Source of the DNA: Carcharhinus longimanus
Taxonomy: Eukaryota
NCBI GenBank assembly: GCA_030264375.1
Contig: JASCQW010000119.1
Location: 43,812,276 to 43,876,275, forward strand
Reading direction: 5' to 3'
Length of the DNA stretch: 64,000 nucleotides
A program made the translations under genes and the position numbers. This document shows, piece by piece, positions 12,925 to 25,030 of this stretch (its first letter is position 1; the number at the start of each line of letters is the position of its first letter). A model generated the notes under the pieces. It made no database searches, had not been told where the DNA came from, and was given only the letters and a program-made list of their open reading frames with translations.

Positions 12925-13262
12925 ATTAATATAGTGCCTTTAACGTAGAAAAATGTCACACACCACTTTACCAGGCATTTTCAAACAACATTAGATACTG
13001 AACTATGTAAGAAGATTCTTGGATTGATGGCTACCAGCTTGGTCAAAGAGGTAAGTTTTTAGGAGGGAGTGGTGATGAGGCAGACAGATCTCGGGAGAAA
13101 ATTCCAAAGCTTAGAGCCTAGACAGCTGAAAACAAGACTGTTAACAATGGAGCAATTAAAAACTGGAATGCACAAGAGGTTAGAATTTGAGGAATATTAA
13201 ATGCTCAGGGAGTTTTAAGGCTGGAGGAGGTTGTAGAGATAAGGAGTCACAAGGCTAAGGGG
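12925..13262 (-). mobile_element. L2 LINE 3' end (old)
   Basis: ATAGTGCCTTTAACGTAG..AGCTTGGTCAAAGAGGTA..GGAGAAAATTCCAAAGCTTAGAGCCTAGACAGCTGAA resembles an L2 3' end and is homologous to 21505-21750. Confidence 0.6.
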
Positions 13263-13667
13263 CAGGATAGGCCAAAAGCCCTTTGCAAGTCAGTTAAGAA
13301 TGAGTTATCCTGGTGTCTTTTGACATTTCAATATCTCATAAAATATCTGACCTTGACATTACTTATTGAGCAAAATTATTTTCCTCTGTTTGCTCTGAAG
13401 CATCTGATGTTTATGCCATAATAACCTGACAAACCGCCTCTATAGTCACTCATAGCAGTAAAATGCTCACTGGTTTCTGATCTCACCAGGGTGCCCCATC
13501 TTGTGGATAGAAACCACAACTGCGCTCTGGAACACTTGCAGCATTGAAATATCAAATAGAATCCCATCACTGGCCTCAGAAGGGCAGCCTCAAGGAGAAT
13601 CCGTAATTCTTAATACTTTTCATTAATCTCTTGGTAGAACACAGCTAGAGTATTGCTGAAACAGATA

Positions 13668-13710
13668 CATGCTATCCACACTTTTCATCTCGCACTCATC
13701 AGGACAGACG
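13668..13710 (-). ncRNA. Degenerate minimal hammerhead ribozyme in a PLE pLTR
   Basis: Minus strand reads CTGTC-CTGATGA-GTGCGAGAT-GAAA-AGTGTG-GATAG. Both core boxes are intact, stem I is CTGTC/GATAG and stem III is eroded. Confidence 0.55.
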
Positions 13711-13727
13711 CAAGACTATTCAATTTC

Positions 13728-14190
13728 TAAGAATCATAGTATACCTGCAGTGCAGAAAGGGGCCATTTGGCCCATCAAGCCTGCACCGTCAACAATCCCA
13801 CCCAAGCCCTATCCCCGTAATGCCACATATTTACCCCTGCTGCTCCCCTTGACACTAAGGATCAATTTAGCATGGCCAATCAACCTAAGCTGCACACCTA
13901 GANNNNNNNNNNNNNNNNNNNNNNNNNNNNNNNNNNNNNNNNNNNNNNNNNNNNNNNNNNNNNNNNNNNNNNNNNNNNNNNNNNNNNNNNNNNNNNNNNN
14001 NNCCCTTGACACTAAGGATCAATTTAGCATGGCCAATCAACCTAAGCTGCACAACTGTGGAGTGTGGGAGGAAACCAGAGCACCCCGAGGAAACCCACGC
14101 AGACACAGGGAGAACGTGCAAACTTCGTACAGATAGTCATCTGAGGCTGGAATTGAACCTGAGTCCCTGGTGCTGTGAGGCCACAGTACT
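13728..14190 (-). mobile_element. HE1 V-SINE spanning a gap
   Basis: Reverse-complemented CR1-type tail (AGAATCATAG..CAGTGCAGAAAGGGGCCATTTGGCCCATC), V-domain and head. About 50 bp is duplicated across the gap. Confidence 0.9.
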
Positions 14191-14559
14191 AAAAAGATAT
14201 GATTAATTGGCAAGTGGACTCCAATTGGTTGAGGTGTTGCCATGGGAAATGCACCAGGGAACAGTGCCTCCATGCTTTTTTTTAATTGAAAAAGCCACAA
14301 TGCTTGTCCTGCTTGCAGAGAACAGGGTGTTATGTATGAATAGGTGTAGTTTCTAATAAGGCTAAGTGAGCCATTTTGTGAACCCAATTGATAATCTTAC
14401 ATTGTGCTAAGAATTACACCGAGAACCATTCAGGATTATTTAGCAAGTGTTGACTAATCATGGAATAACATCTAATATTGTGCACTACATTCTGAGATTT
14501 GCATGTACTGGCTGGTTGAGTATGGTTAGAGAAATGAATAATGCGGTATATGAATTACA

Positions 14560-15650
14560 GTGCAGGTACTAGGTATATTGCAATCACGGATGGATCATAT
14601 CATGTCCCTTTGACTGTTTGCAACCGGCAGAGAGGGTACTGACCGTATATTTCTATGACATTATTGGCAGCAGTAACCACTGCAAAGTCCTTGTGGAGGC
14701 TTCATACTGAGCACGCAAGCCATGGTGTTATATACCATTGCCACCATGCTAAATGCATAGATTCAGAAAAGAACTAGTCAAACCTTGGAATAAATAGGGT
14801 ACTGTGTAACATCAATGTTAATTGCAACATATTCCACCGTAATCCTGATGGACTGGTATGTCCCTCCTTTTAGCATTACCATCAAAGCAGGGCGCCAATC
14901 CTGGTCTAACGAGGAGGATGGAAGAGCATGCCAGGAGTAGCATCTGGAGTACCTAACACACCAGTGTCAACCGCTGAAGATACAGCAGAGGATGACCTGC
15001 TTACTAAACAGCGGAGGTAGCATACCATAGACAGAGCTAACTCATCCCACAACCATTGGATCAGATCAAAGTTCTGCCACATCTAGTCATGAAGGTGACA
15101 AACAATTAAATAATTAATGGAAGGAGATGGTCTTTGAACATCCCCTCCCTCAATATTGGGGAAACACGGTATGAATGTAAAACACAAAGGAACCATCTTA
15201 AACCAAAAATGCCAAGTGCGTGATGCATCTCAGCATCCTCTTGAGGTCCTCATATTATGAATGCTAGTCTTTAGCCAATCCAATTCACTCCATGATTCAC
15301 TTAAGAAGCTTGACAATATTTAGGACAAAACTACCCACTTGATTGGAACACCCTACACCAACTTAAACTTTCAGTCCCACCACTAGAGATGCATGGTGGC
15401 AGTATACCATCCAAACCATACTCTGCAGCAACTTGCCAAGGCTTCTCAGGCAACACCCTTCGAACCTACCATCTCTGTTGAGAAAACAGGGGGAGAAGCA
15501 TGTGGAAGCATCACCCCCTGCAAGTTTCCCTTCAAGTCATTCAACGTCCTGTTTTGGAATTATATCACCATTCTGTCACTGGGTGAAAATCATGGAAAAC
15601 CTGCACTACACTGTGGGTGTACCTATGCCACATGGTCTGTAGAGGTTCAG
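14560..15650 (+). mobile_element. Highly decayed CR1/L2-group LINE (same family as 1-776)
   Basis: Scattered blocks (CCACCATGCTAAATG.ATAGATTCAGAA; CCACTTGATTGG.ACACC; CACC.CCTGCAAGTT.CCCT.CAAGTCA) are shared with the 3' end at 32953-33215. Confidence 0.6.
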
Positions 15651-15654
15651 AACC

Positions 15655-16232
15655 TCATAAGCTTTACTTTATTCATTTCTGCCATCTTCAATGATTTAGA
15701 CACAAAGATCCCAAGGTCCATCTTTTCTCTCACCCCATACAAAATGGTATCCTTTAACATGCATTATCTCTCCTTATTCATTCTGCCAAATAGATCATCT
15801 CGCACTTTTCCACACTAAGTTTAATCTCTCTTTGTCTCTTGACAAGCATTACTATGTTCCTTACTGTTTACTGAACTTCCAAGTTTCATGCTATCTCCAA
15901 ATTGTGCCCTGTACCTCCATAAGTCCAAGTTATTAACATGTGTCAGATACAGAAGTATTGAACCCTGGGGAGCTCCATTTATCCAGTCTGCAAACGGCCA
16001 TTCATGACAACACGTTGTTTCACTGAGTGAATTATGAATCCATGCTACTTCTGCACTTTTTATTCCACAAGCTTCAAGTTAAGAAGCCTTGTGCACTACT
16101 TAATCATCAGCCTTTTGAAAATCTGTAAGAACTGCAATGCCCTGATCCTCTCTGTCACCTCATCATTAAACTCAATCAAGTTAGTCAAACATAATTTGCC
16201 CTTAACAAATCCATGCTGGCTCTCCTTTATTA
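15655..16232 (-). mobile_element. Old CR1 LINE RT fragment
   Basis: AACTCAATCAAGTTAGTCAAACATAATTTGCCCTTAACAAATCCATGCTGGCT is the antisense of SQHGFVKGKLCLTNLIEF. Confidence 0.8.
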
Positions 16233-17086
16233 GTGTTGTGTACTGCACTGAGTAAGAACACGCTTCACATGCTCATCTACAGGCAACCATTATTAAACTA
16301 ACTTTATTTACATCTCCCCAATAGTCAGGACAACAGAGAGGGCAATATAACAAAATACTTTGATCTTTCAATATAGCCCACTTAAGAAAAACATCTACAC
16401 ACTAAAATGTAAAATGGCACATGTGCCTGAGTTTTCAGAATACAATACGACTAAAGCAACATCTGCAATATCTGGAAACTTAGTAGATTGAGTTGCATAC
16501 TTGTTTTTACTGTAATCTCAGCCAAAACTTATACGATCAATACCGTCAGAGTAATTTACATGTTGAAAAGATTGTTTCTCTTTGACACTAATACGTGTTT
16601 AACAAAAATATCATCTGACAAGAAATAATAAAAATAACAATTTATTTATTCTTCCTTCTTATATACTTTTAGTGAAAGTATCTGGTTTCTTTATCCTTCT
16701 GTTTAGGTATCTCCTTCCATTTCCATTAGCTTGGTTCTCATAACTTTGGCTGTATCAAATCTGAAATTTGACTTTTATTACCAACCCCACTTAACGGCTG
16801 GTTCATTAGTTAGTTTGTCTTCATCGAAGACTAACTTACAGGGAGCAGTGAGAGTAAGATATCTCTTCTGATGGATTCTGCTGATGGCTTCTGTGATACT
16901 GGCAAAATTTCTGTTTTTTTTATTTCCACTTTTTTTCTGATTTTCACTTTGGGCTGTAGAAGGAATTTGGACTATAGGAAGCTTTTTCTGCTCTTGCTTT
17001 GTTAGATTTCCAGATTTTGAAGCAAATGTTTTACATGACACTAACAAAGTCTTTCTCCAATCTTCAGTGGATATTTGATTACATCT

Positions 17087-17310
17087 AGTCTCTCCAGGTC
17101 CCAGATGACCATGGGCTGCTCTCCCCTTTGACAGGGGAGCTGATTGGTGGTGATCTAACTTGAGGGTCACCACATCTCAGGCAAGGGGCAAGGTTGAGAA
17201 GACGGTCCTTCATAAATAACCTCAGCCGGCACAGGAATTGAACCAATGCTGCTGGAATCATTCTGCATCACAAACCAGATATCTAACTAACTGAGATAAC
17301 CTGAACCCAC
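17087..17310 (-). mobile_element. tRNA-derived SINE family D (~220 bp), inserted in the Gypsy relic
   Basis: GTCCCAGATGACCAT..CACCACATCTCAGG..GGGGCAAGGTTGAGAAG..AATAACCTCAGCCGG.ACAGGAATTGAACC is homologous to 21772-21940 and 61302-61526. Confidence 0.8.
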
Positions 17311-17508
17311 GAAAGATGTCCTTCCTCACTATAGAATGGGATGGCACTGTTTCTGTTGCCTGGTCTTGAACTAGGGTCCTCTCGCGTGTTAGGCATACCT
17401 AATGACCACTGCACTGCAGTAACACTGTAAAATAACTCCAATCACATATTTCTCCTTATTACCTTGGTGGTTTTTCACCTTGATTTTGTGACCAGCATTG
17501 AACACTGA

Positions 17509-17635
17509 GGTCAAAATTTTACCAACATGCCTGCCCCGATTCTGGAGGCGAGAGAGGCTCAGAGAATGACACCTTCCATTGGCCTTGGGCAGGATTGTAC
17601 GCAACTCGGGCAGACATGCCTGTAAAATCCCACCC
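17509..17635. mobile_element. 127-bp Harbinger-type MITE
   Basis: Ends GGTCAAAATTTTACC / GTAAAATCCCACCC. Aligns end to end with the reverse complement of 44782-44908. Confidence 0.8.
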
Positions 17636-18248
17636 AAACTTTTGCACCTCGTGTACCAGAACTCATCTGCACTTTGTCTTGCTTTTCTCTTACTTTGCAA
17701 TTAAGGTCAGACTTAAACAAACTGAACCTTATTCTAGAAGTGTGTTTAAGCACTAACTCATAAGATTAGCAACACATTGTGGATTGTGGGGTTATTCTGT
17801 AAGATAGCAGAAAATTGTCTAGCCAGTATCAAAAAAAAACATGGAAATTACTGCCTAGCCTGGCATCTAGCACTTCTGTAAAGACGTCATCACAATCCAT
17901 AGACTTTCTGCAGCACCATTTGATGCTGTATGATATTGTGATATCAGATTACTAGATTGTGTTCAAAGATATTCTTACTCAGAAATAGTTCAAACTTTTC
18001 TAATGTAAATTGTGGACTAATTTCTGATACCAATATCACCGGCAACCCTTAAATTGCAAACCAACTTCTCAAAACCTCAGTAATTTTGACCCTTGTGGTA
18101 ATGGGAATTGACTCATTTATTCATTTCCTATAGATTTCAACCAAATAAAAGAAATTGACAGGTATTCATTCACACTGTTTTCTTATGTTTGATCACAGAG
18201 TAAAAGGAACCTTGGTTGGATCATTTCTCAATCTGATACAGACTTCAC

Positions 18249-18420
18249 CGGGGTGATTTTCCTATCCTGCTGTGCTAAATTTTTAGCGCAGTGGACCAGC
18301 AGAATCTCCTGGTGGGCGATGGACAGGATTTGTGCTTGCGTTCTTATCGCAATAGCGCGTCCCAAGATTTCTGGCGGTGTCAGCTTGGTGCTGGAAATCA
18401 GCAGCAGGTATAAAATTCCA
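18249..18420. mobile_element. Probable Harbinger-type MITE inside the Gypsy relic
   Basis: GC/CpG-rich island with ends GGGGTGATTTTCC / TAAAATTCC, interrupting the AT-rich Gypsy sequence. Confidence 0.5.
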
Positions 18421-19094
18421 AATCAATGTTGTGGCATATTTGAAATATTTGAAAGTTGGAACTTTCCAAAAAACTGGCCAACCTGCAACACTAGATATCA
18501 GATGACTTGTGGCAGTCATTTTAAATCTGTGTCTTTTTGTGCTTTTAAAATAGTCTTTTATAAGCTGTTCAATAGGTGTTTGATGAACTGGTGAAATTAC
18601 CGATTAATATTACTCACGCACAAGTCATATCATTGTGTCAGCTCACAGGCCACATTGTACTCTCCTGGCATTTGTCAACTTCAAATATATTCTTACTGAT
18701 CCCTACTGCAAATAACTTGGCTGAATTTCACCATATTTTCTGAAGTCAATTCCTTTCCATCAGGGAGACTTTGTTCCCTCTTACCATTACTAATTGTAAG
18801 TAACAGGATGTAAGTAAGTAATAGGATGTAGCATCACCTCCAGCCTAACATTAACTTCACTTTGTACTGCTCTTATTTCACATGAGTTTTGCAATAAAGG
18901 AATGTGTTTTTGAGACTTCTTACATTCTCCTTCTGAAATAGGCTGGAGCTATATCAACAATTAAAGTAAGTTTTCAATTTCCAGCTTTTCTTTTTACAGT
19001 GAGCACTGAGATTTTATCTTCAGTCCTATTATTGTCATCTTCCATGTGTTTTTTCTTGCTCTCTGAAAGAATTAACTCCTGTTTTCTCTACTCC

Positions 19095-20420
19095 ATAGCT
19101 CCTGGTTCCACATCTATCATATGCATATTTGAGGATTTCCAGGCAGCTTCCCTCGCTTTAGATCTATGATGACCTCAACCTGGTGCACAGCTGCAACCTG
19201 GAGGTATACCAGGATCTGATTCCTCTAGATCTGGTTACTGTCCAGGTATGACTGACTTTCTCACAGACATAGCAGTGTAACGGAGAATGGAGGAATTTAA
19301 GTAGTTTGTGGCTACCTTGGCAATGACCTCCTTCTGTGCTATAAATGATTCAATGACTCCATGGCATAGTGGCAGCCTTTTCAGTGCCTTCATTTATCCA
19401 TTTTTATCTCATCCAGTATCTTGACAATCTCCTCATTTAATGTAGCTTTGGTAATGTCATTTCCCTTGATAAGTACCAATGTAAGGTATTAATTTACTCC
19501 CTCAACCATGCTTCCAAAAATAGCTCTATGTTCTGGAGCCCCATTACTCCTTTGACAATCTTTTTACTGTTAATATATTTATAGAAGAACTATGGATTCC
19601 CAATCTTTGCTCATTCTCTCCTTTTGGCCTTCTTACTTCCTTTTATATTTTTCTTCTGCAATTCTTATATTCTCCCTTGTGTTATCAAATTGAAATCTGC
19701 CACATAATCACCTTTTGCCGCACTCTGAATCTTTTGTCATGCAGAGAATCCTGACTTGCGTTGCCTTTGCTCCCCCCGCCATAATGAATGCCTTTATCCT
19801 GCATCAGACCATCTTTTCTCTAAAGGCCACTCATTGTTCCATTACACTTCTGCTGGTCAGTCGTTGACTTCAATTCATCTGGCACAAATTCCTGCTCAAT
19901 TCACTGAAATTGGCTCTCCCCCAGGTGAGTATTTTTATTTTAGATTACTCCTTGTCCTACTCTGTGATCGCTATTCCAAGATGCCCCCGCCCCCCCGTCC
20001 CCATAATGTTCTGCACTTAGCCCACTTCAATCCCCAGAACTAGATCCAGCAATACCTCCTTCCTTGATTGGTAGGAAACATACTGATCAAGAACTTTCTC
20101 CAGGCACATTTTGGAAATTTCTTCCCTTCACTGCTTTTAAGACAATCAGAATCAAATTCTCCCACAATCACTATTCTATGTTTCATGCACATCTCCGTAA
20201 TTTCTTTGCAAATCTGCTCCTCTACATCCTTCCTATTATTGTGCAGTGTAGCATAATTGCTCCTCTATTGTTTATCTCCAGTAAGATATTTTTTGTCTTT
20301 GGTCCTTCAAGGGTGTTCTCTTTTTCTAGCACTGCTTTAATCTAAAGCATTACCTCTTTTTTTTTATTCATCTGTATATTTCCCAAATGCTTTGCATTCA
20401 GGAACTTTAAGCATTTGATC
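19095..20420 (-). mobile_element. Old CR1 LINE (endonuclease/linker region, many deletions)
   Basis: Antisense CR1 blocks such as AGATCCAGCAATACCTCCTTCCTTG..GAAACATACTGATCAAGAACTTTCTCCAGG and ATTCCTGCTCAATTCACTGAAATTGGC. Confidence 0.65.
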
Positions 20421-21094
20421 TTGGATTTATTTTAATATTGAGAGCTGTAGAAAGCTTGATTTTGCTCTGTGCATTGTCTTTCAAGTGATTTGGGCAGTGT
20501 GCATTGTTTATTGCTTTAAATTTCTACTTTAAAAAAAATTGGAGAAAACTGGGTAAAGTACAAGGGATACTAATGAGCGATTTTGCATGGCTGGTCCACG
20601 TAACCTGCACATTTTTGGACTGTGGAAAAGCCTAGTGTGATTCTACAATAAAATAGAACCCCTAAAGTGCAGAAGCAGGCCATTTGGCCCATTGAATCTG
20701 CACCATATCTCAAAGAGCATCTTACCCCTATCCCCATAACCCCTTGCATTTACTATGGCCAATCCACCTATCCTTCTCATCATCTACTGTCACCACAGTG
20801 GGAAGTGTAGTCGAGCACGAAGCCTTCAGCGAAAGTGTTGACATTGTTGAACCAGATTTGTCAAAGCAGTGATGTCTTACAATCATGGTAATAATTGTTA
20901 TTGATGATGAGGGCCTTGGTTGTGTGGCAAGGAATTAAGAACTGATTTTTTTTCAGGTCGTTCAAAAGCCCAGTATCAGACCAAGTGAATTGGACCATGG
21001 AGTTTAACATTTGTTGTGTTTGTAAAGTTAGCCCTCAAGGGTGTGCTGAATGATGCAGAAGGTACAAAAGGATGGTGCTGCTAGGTTTGCTGAT

Positions 21095-21378
21095 TTATAA
21101 GGAGACAGTGATATATTCCTAAAGAGGGGGACAGTTTAGAACAGAGCTGAGGAGGAACTTCTGAGTGGTGAATCTCTGGAATTCTCTGCCCATTGAAGTG
21201 GTGGAGGCTACCTCATTGAATATGTTTAAGTCGTGGGTAGATTTCTGACAAAGGGAATTAAGGGTTATGGGGAGCAGGTGGGAAAGTGGAACTGATCCAC
21301 TTCAGATCAGCCATGATCTTATTGGGGCAGGCTTGAAGGGCTAGATGGCCTACTCCTGCTCCTATTTCTTATGTTCCT
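21095..21378 (+). mobile_element. CR1 LINE 3' end
   Basis: ..GTGGTGAATCTCTGGAATTCTCTGCCC (VVNLWNSLP)..GATCAGCCATGATCTTATTG..GATGGCCTACTCCTGCTCCTATTTCTTATGTTC tail. Confidence 0.9.
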
Positions 21379-21504
21379 TTATAGGCCTTTTTAGAGTTTT
21401 CAGGCTTAAAGTAATTGATGCTTTCAAAGAGCATTCAAGCCCAGGATAGTAGCGTGAGAATGTGGCAAAGTGTAGTTGAGGGTTATGTGGAGAGAGTAAT
21501 GACA

Positions 21505-22180
21505 GCAACCTGTATTCACATAACAGCTATAACATCATGCCCCAAGACATTTTGGGCACTTACAGATGTTTAATGTAAAATTTCACACAAGCTGAGGGAG
21601 TCTGGGCCAAATGATTAAAAACCTGGGAACAGTTGAGCTTTGTAGTGTTCTAAAGGTTGGAGTGGTTAACGGAAGGATTTTCCAAGCTTAAAGCCTTTGT
21701 ATAAAGACAGAACCAGCAATGGTGGATCAATTTTAAAATCAGGATGCTCAAAAGGCCAGAATGAGAAGTTGGGTAAAGTTGCCATTGTCCTGGATGACCA
21801 TAAGCTGTTTTCCCCTTGATCTAATCTTGGGATCACCACACCTCAGATGAGGGGCAAGCTTGAGAAGGCAAGCTTTAATGAATAACCTCAGCTGATATAG
21901 GAATTGAACTTGCATCAACCAGCTGACTGGACAAATAACCAAGTTATAGATCTGGGTTTCAGCTGCAGTTGAGCTAAAATGGGGTTAAGGTCAAATAATA
22001 CAAAGATGAAAATAATGATGGCATGAGAAGTTGCTTATGGAGTCAAATGTAACACATGATCGCAAACTGTCTAGCTTAGCAGAAATGGAATTCATATGAG
22101 CTTCAGTCTTCCTGATTTTTTTTTTATTTGGACAAAATTTCTGCTTGCTCTGCAGTCAGGCAAACAATCTAATAATTACA
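21505..22180 (-). mobile_element. Old L2 LINE fragment with a nested family-D SINE (21772-21940)
   Basis: Homologous to 12925-13262. The nested SINE matches 17087-17310. Confidence 0.6.
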
Positions 22181-23494
22181 TGGAGGAACCATAGAGCTCT
22201 GTAGTTGTGTTGGAGCTCTGTATATATTGCAGCATTATATTGAAGTGAAGTTTGTTTTGAAATGCTAAGCTGCTTTGTTCTGCAGCAAGGTGAATGACCA
22301 GCAGTGATCATCAGACTTCCTCAGTCTGCTGACATGTTTCCAAATGTTTTGTCTGGATTTCATTGGAACAGAGCATCTCAGACTTTTTCTAAATTTTCAG
22401 CTGTTAGTGCTATGGCTACGAGCTGATGGCATTAGAACAAAGTAGGCCATTTGGCCTCTTGAGCCTGCTTTGTCATGGTAACCGCTAAATCTGCACCCCA
22501 CTTACCATGAATCTATCCATCTCTGCCTTAAGTATTCAAAGGACAAAAGACTACCTGGGATCTTGGTAATGATAGGGCTGATCATCCTTCTTGCTTCAAG
22601 ATAGATACTGAGAGAGAAATTTGGAATAATTGAGAAGGAAGGTCAATGAGCCTTGAACTAAACAGTTCTGGATCACAAAGATTGAATTGAGTGTGGAAAT
22701 GAAGTGCATTTCTGGTCAAATTTTCAATTGACTGCATGCTGACATTAAGTGAATACTTGCAGGTCAGTGGTTAATTAGTTTTCATCAGCAGTTATCTTCA
22801 AAGTAGCTATCTTCAATTCAGAATTTTGTAGTTTTAATAGGCCATTAATGTGCAGACTGACAATTGAGGGTTTTAATACAGTTCTCAAACATCTCTCTGA
22901 ATTGAGAGAAAAACTGGTATATGGCTGAGTTTATCCTTTGAGCTGCAGTAACTTTTATTGAAAATATGTATCTTTTCATCTGTCTTAACTGTTGAGAATG
23001 TGCCTTGTTTGTACATCATCTTCTAATTTTAATTTTCTTCAAATCCATTTGGTCAAATCTGGCTAATCACATTCTTTAAGATTTGGAAGGATTGAGTGAA
23101 GGAGGTGGGTGGGGTCAAAAAAAAGGTGAGATTGTGGGGGGCAGGAATGGAGTGGAGGGTATAAGGAGCAAAACTGACTGACATTTGCAGAAGGACTTTA
23201 ATCTAAAGTGACATGTTTTTGCATGGGGAAACCATGATGTAAAGTAAGTGATGTCCATTAACTATAATGGAGAAGTATTTGGGAGTCACCTGGAACCATT
23301 AATTATCCAGCTTAAAGCTATTAGTGAAAATTAGGTCGGAATGCTGTTAAGGGTATTATCATGTAGATAATGGAGGTTGTTTGTAATGTCTTGGCTATTT
23401 AAACCATTTGAGCCTGTGCTAGCTCTTGTGACAGCTATCCAATTAATTCACTACCCTCCTTTTTCCCAGAGCACCTGTACTTGAGCAAAGAAAG

Positions 23495-23878
23495 AGAAAC
23501 ATGCATTTGCACAGTGCCTTTTTAACAATAGGATCACAGCTCATTCACCACTTTGATTAACACAGTAATTATAATGTAAAAAGTATTTCAGCTATGTGCA
23601 CACAGCAAGCTCCAAAACAGACCATGTAATAATCAGACCATTTTAAAGCTGTGTTGATTGAAATGAGTATTTGACCCAGGGCATGAGGTAGAACTTGGAT
23701 TGGAATATTGTCACAGAATTTTTATCCACCTGAGGATCAACAAAACTTCTAGTACAATCTTTCTTCTGAAAGACAATGCCTTCAAGTGCAGTGTTCCTTG
23801 ACCTTTAGCAAGATTCCAGAGCCGGACTTGAACTTTCTGATGCAGGGGTGAGACTGCTACCATTGAGCCACAGCTGAC
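23495..23878 (-). mobile_element. DeuSINE (SacSINE1/AmnSINE-related)
   Basis: Antisense Deu-domain-like TCCACCTGAG..CTGAAAGACAATGCC..AGTGCAGTGTTCC and tRNA head GGACTTGAAC..CTGCTACCATTGAGCCACAGCTGAC. Confidence 0.7.
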
Positions 23879-24020
23879 GTAAACTGTACTAGATATACCT
23901 GGGCAAGTAATGTAAAATTATTTTGACTCAATTGTGTTAAGTTTTTTTTGAAATGGCAGAGAAGTCAAATTGAGAGCAATAGTTTCATTTACCTGTTTTT
24001 AAAAAAACTCATAACAATAA

Positions 24021-24453
24021 GGGTGGCACGTTAGCACTGCTGCTTCACAGCTCCAGGGTCCTGGGTTCAATTCCCAGCTCGGGTCACTGTCTGTGTGGAA
24101 TTTGCACATTCTCCTCGTGTCTGCGTGGGTTTCCTCCGGGTGCTCCGGTTTNNNNNNNNNNNNNNNNNNNNNNNNNNNNNNNNNNNNNNNNNNNNNNNNN
24201 NNNNNNNNNNNNNNNNNNNNNNNNNNNNNNNNNNNNNNNNNNNNNNNNNNNGTTTCTTCCAGGTGCTCCAGGTTCTTTCCACACTCCAAAGATGTGCGGA
24301 TTACGCTGATTGGCCATGTTAAATTGCCCCTTAGTATTAGGGGGATTAGCAGAGTAAATACTGCAGATATGGGGATAGGGCCCGGGTGGGATCCTGATGG
24401 GTACATACTTGATGGGCCAAATGGCCTCTTGCTATACTGCAGAGATTCTATGA
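24021..24453 (+). mobile_element. HE1 V-SINE spanning a gap
   Basis: Head, V-domain and CR1-type tail (GATGGGCCAAATGGCCTC..GAGATTCTATGA). Confidence 0.9.
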
Positions 24454-24765
24454 CATATGCTTATTCACCTGCAAACTATAGTTCTGGCTTCACATACATC
24501 TTAGTGTTAGTCAGCAAACTGTGGACTATTTCCCTGATTCCATCATTCACATCAATGCTGATGAGCAACAAGCTTAAAAAGTACCTTTGTGAGATTTGAC
24601 TGGTAAACTGCCCCGCACAAAGTTATTATCGTTAATAACTATTCCATTAACAGCGGCATTGATTGTTGGAACCTGGACCAGAGTCTGTCTGTCTGCTTTT
24701 CAAGGATAGTCATGAATAAGGTCCGTAATCTTTGACTCAGCTGCAATCATGTGCCTACTTAGGAT

Positions 24766-25030
24766 GTGGCAGCACAGTGGCACAGTGGTTAGCACTGCTG
24801 CCTCACAGCTCCAGGGACCCATGTTCAATTCCGGCTTGGGTCACTGTCTGAGCAGACTTTACATGTTCTTCCTGTGTCTGCGTGAGTTTCCTCCAGGTGT
24901 TCCGGTTTCCTCCCCCACTCCAAAGATGTGTTGGTTAGGTGCATTGACAATGCTAAATTCTCCCTCAGTGTACCTGGACAAGGGCTGGAGTGTGGCAACT
25001 AAGGGATCTTCACAATAAATTCATGGCAGT
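24766..25030 (+). mobile_element. V-SINE type B
   Basis: GGCAGCACAGTGGCACAGTGGTTAGCACTGCTGCCTCACAGC..ATGCTAAATTCTCCCTCAGTGTACC..GGAGTGTGGCAACTAAGGGAT. Confidence 0.9.

Larger units (their letters stand above)
13640..14475 (-). mobile_element. Penelope-like element 3' end (GIY-YIG tail and pLTR), split by a SINE
   Basis: Minus strand QHLLNNPE..KIIN..LLETT..LCKQ is homologous to 3580-3730. It is followed by a pLTR-like region ending in an HHR-like core. Confidence 0.75.
16400..19090 (-). mobile_element. Decayed Ty3/Gypsy LTR retrotransposon relic (protease, integrase, C-terminus, PPT; RT/RNase H absent)
   Basis: Manual minus-strand translation gives: protease-like LTLIVDIAPA..ISE..KHIPL..LVMVRGNKVSLMERN*L (~18700-18975); integrase LRSWFAI*GLPVILVSEISPQFTLEKFELFLSKN (~17970-18075); YHTASNGAAE (~17905-17935); NFLLSYRITPQST; RFSLFKSDL; terminal RRYLNRRIKKPD (~16680-16716); polypurine tract AAGAAGGAAGAA (16649-16660). 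Confidence 0.82.

Noticed and set aside
16235-16352. Short TG...CA segment resembling a mini solo LTR (similar hint at ~55538-55960)
   Set aside because: No convincing TSD or second copy in the window.
16650-19090. Apparent large K/E/S-rich host exon or pseudogene (ORFs 16778-17173, 17389-17700, 17559-17753)
   Set aside because: Manual translation shows Gypsy protease, integrase and PPT motifs, so it is a retrotransposon relic.
19912-19930. Second AG|GTGAGT motif
   Set aside because: Lies within an antisense CR1 relic and has a short pyrimidine tract, so probably chance.
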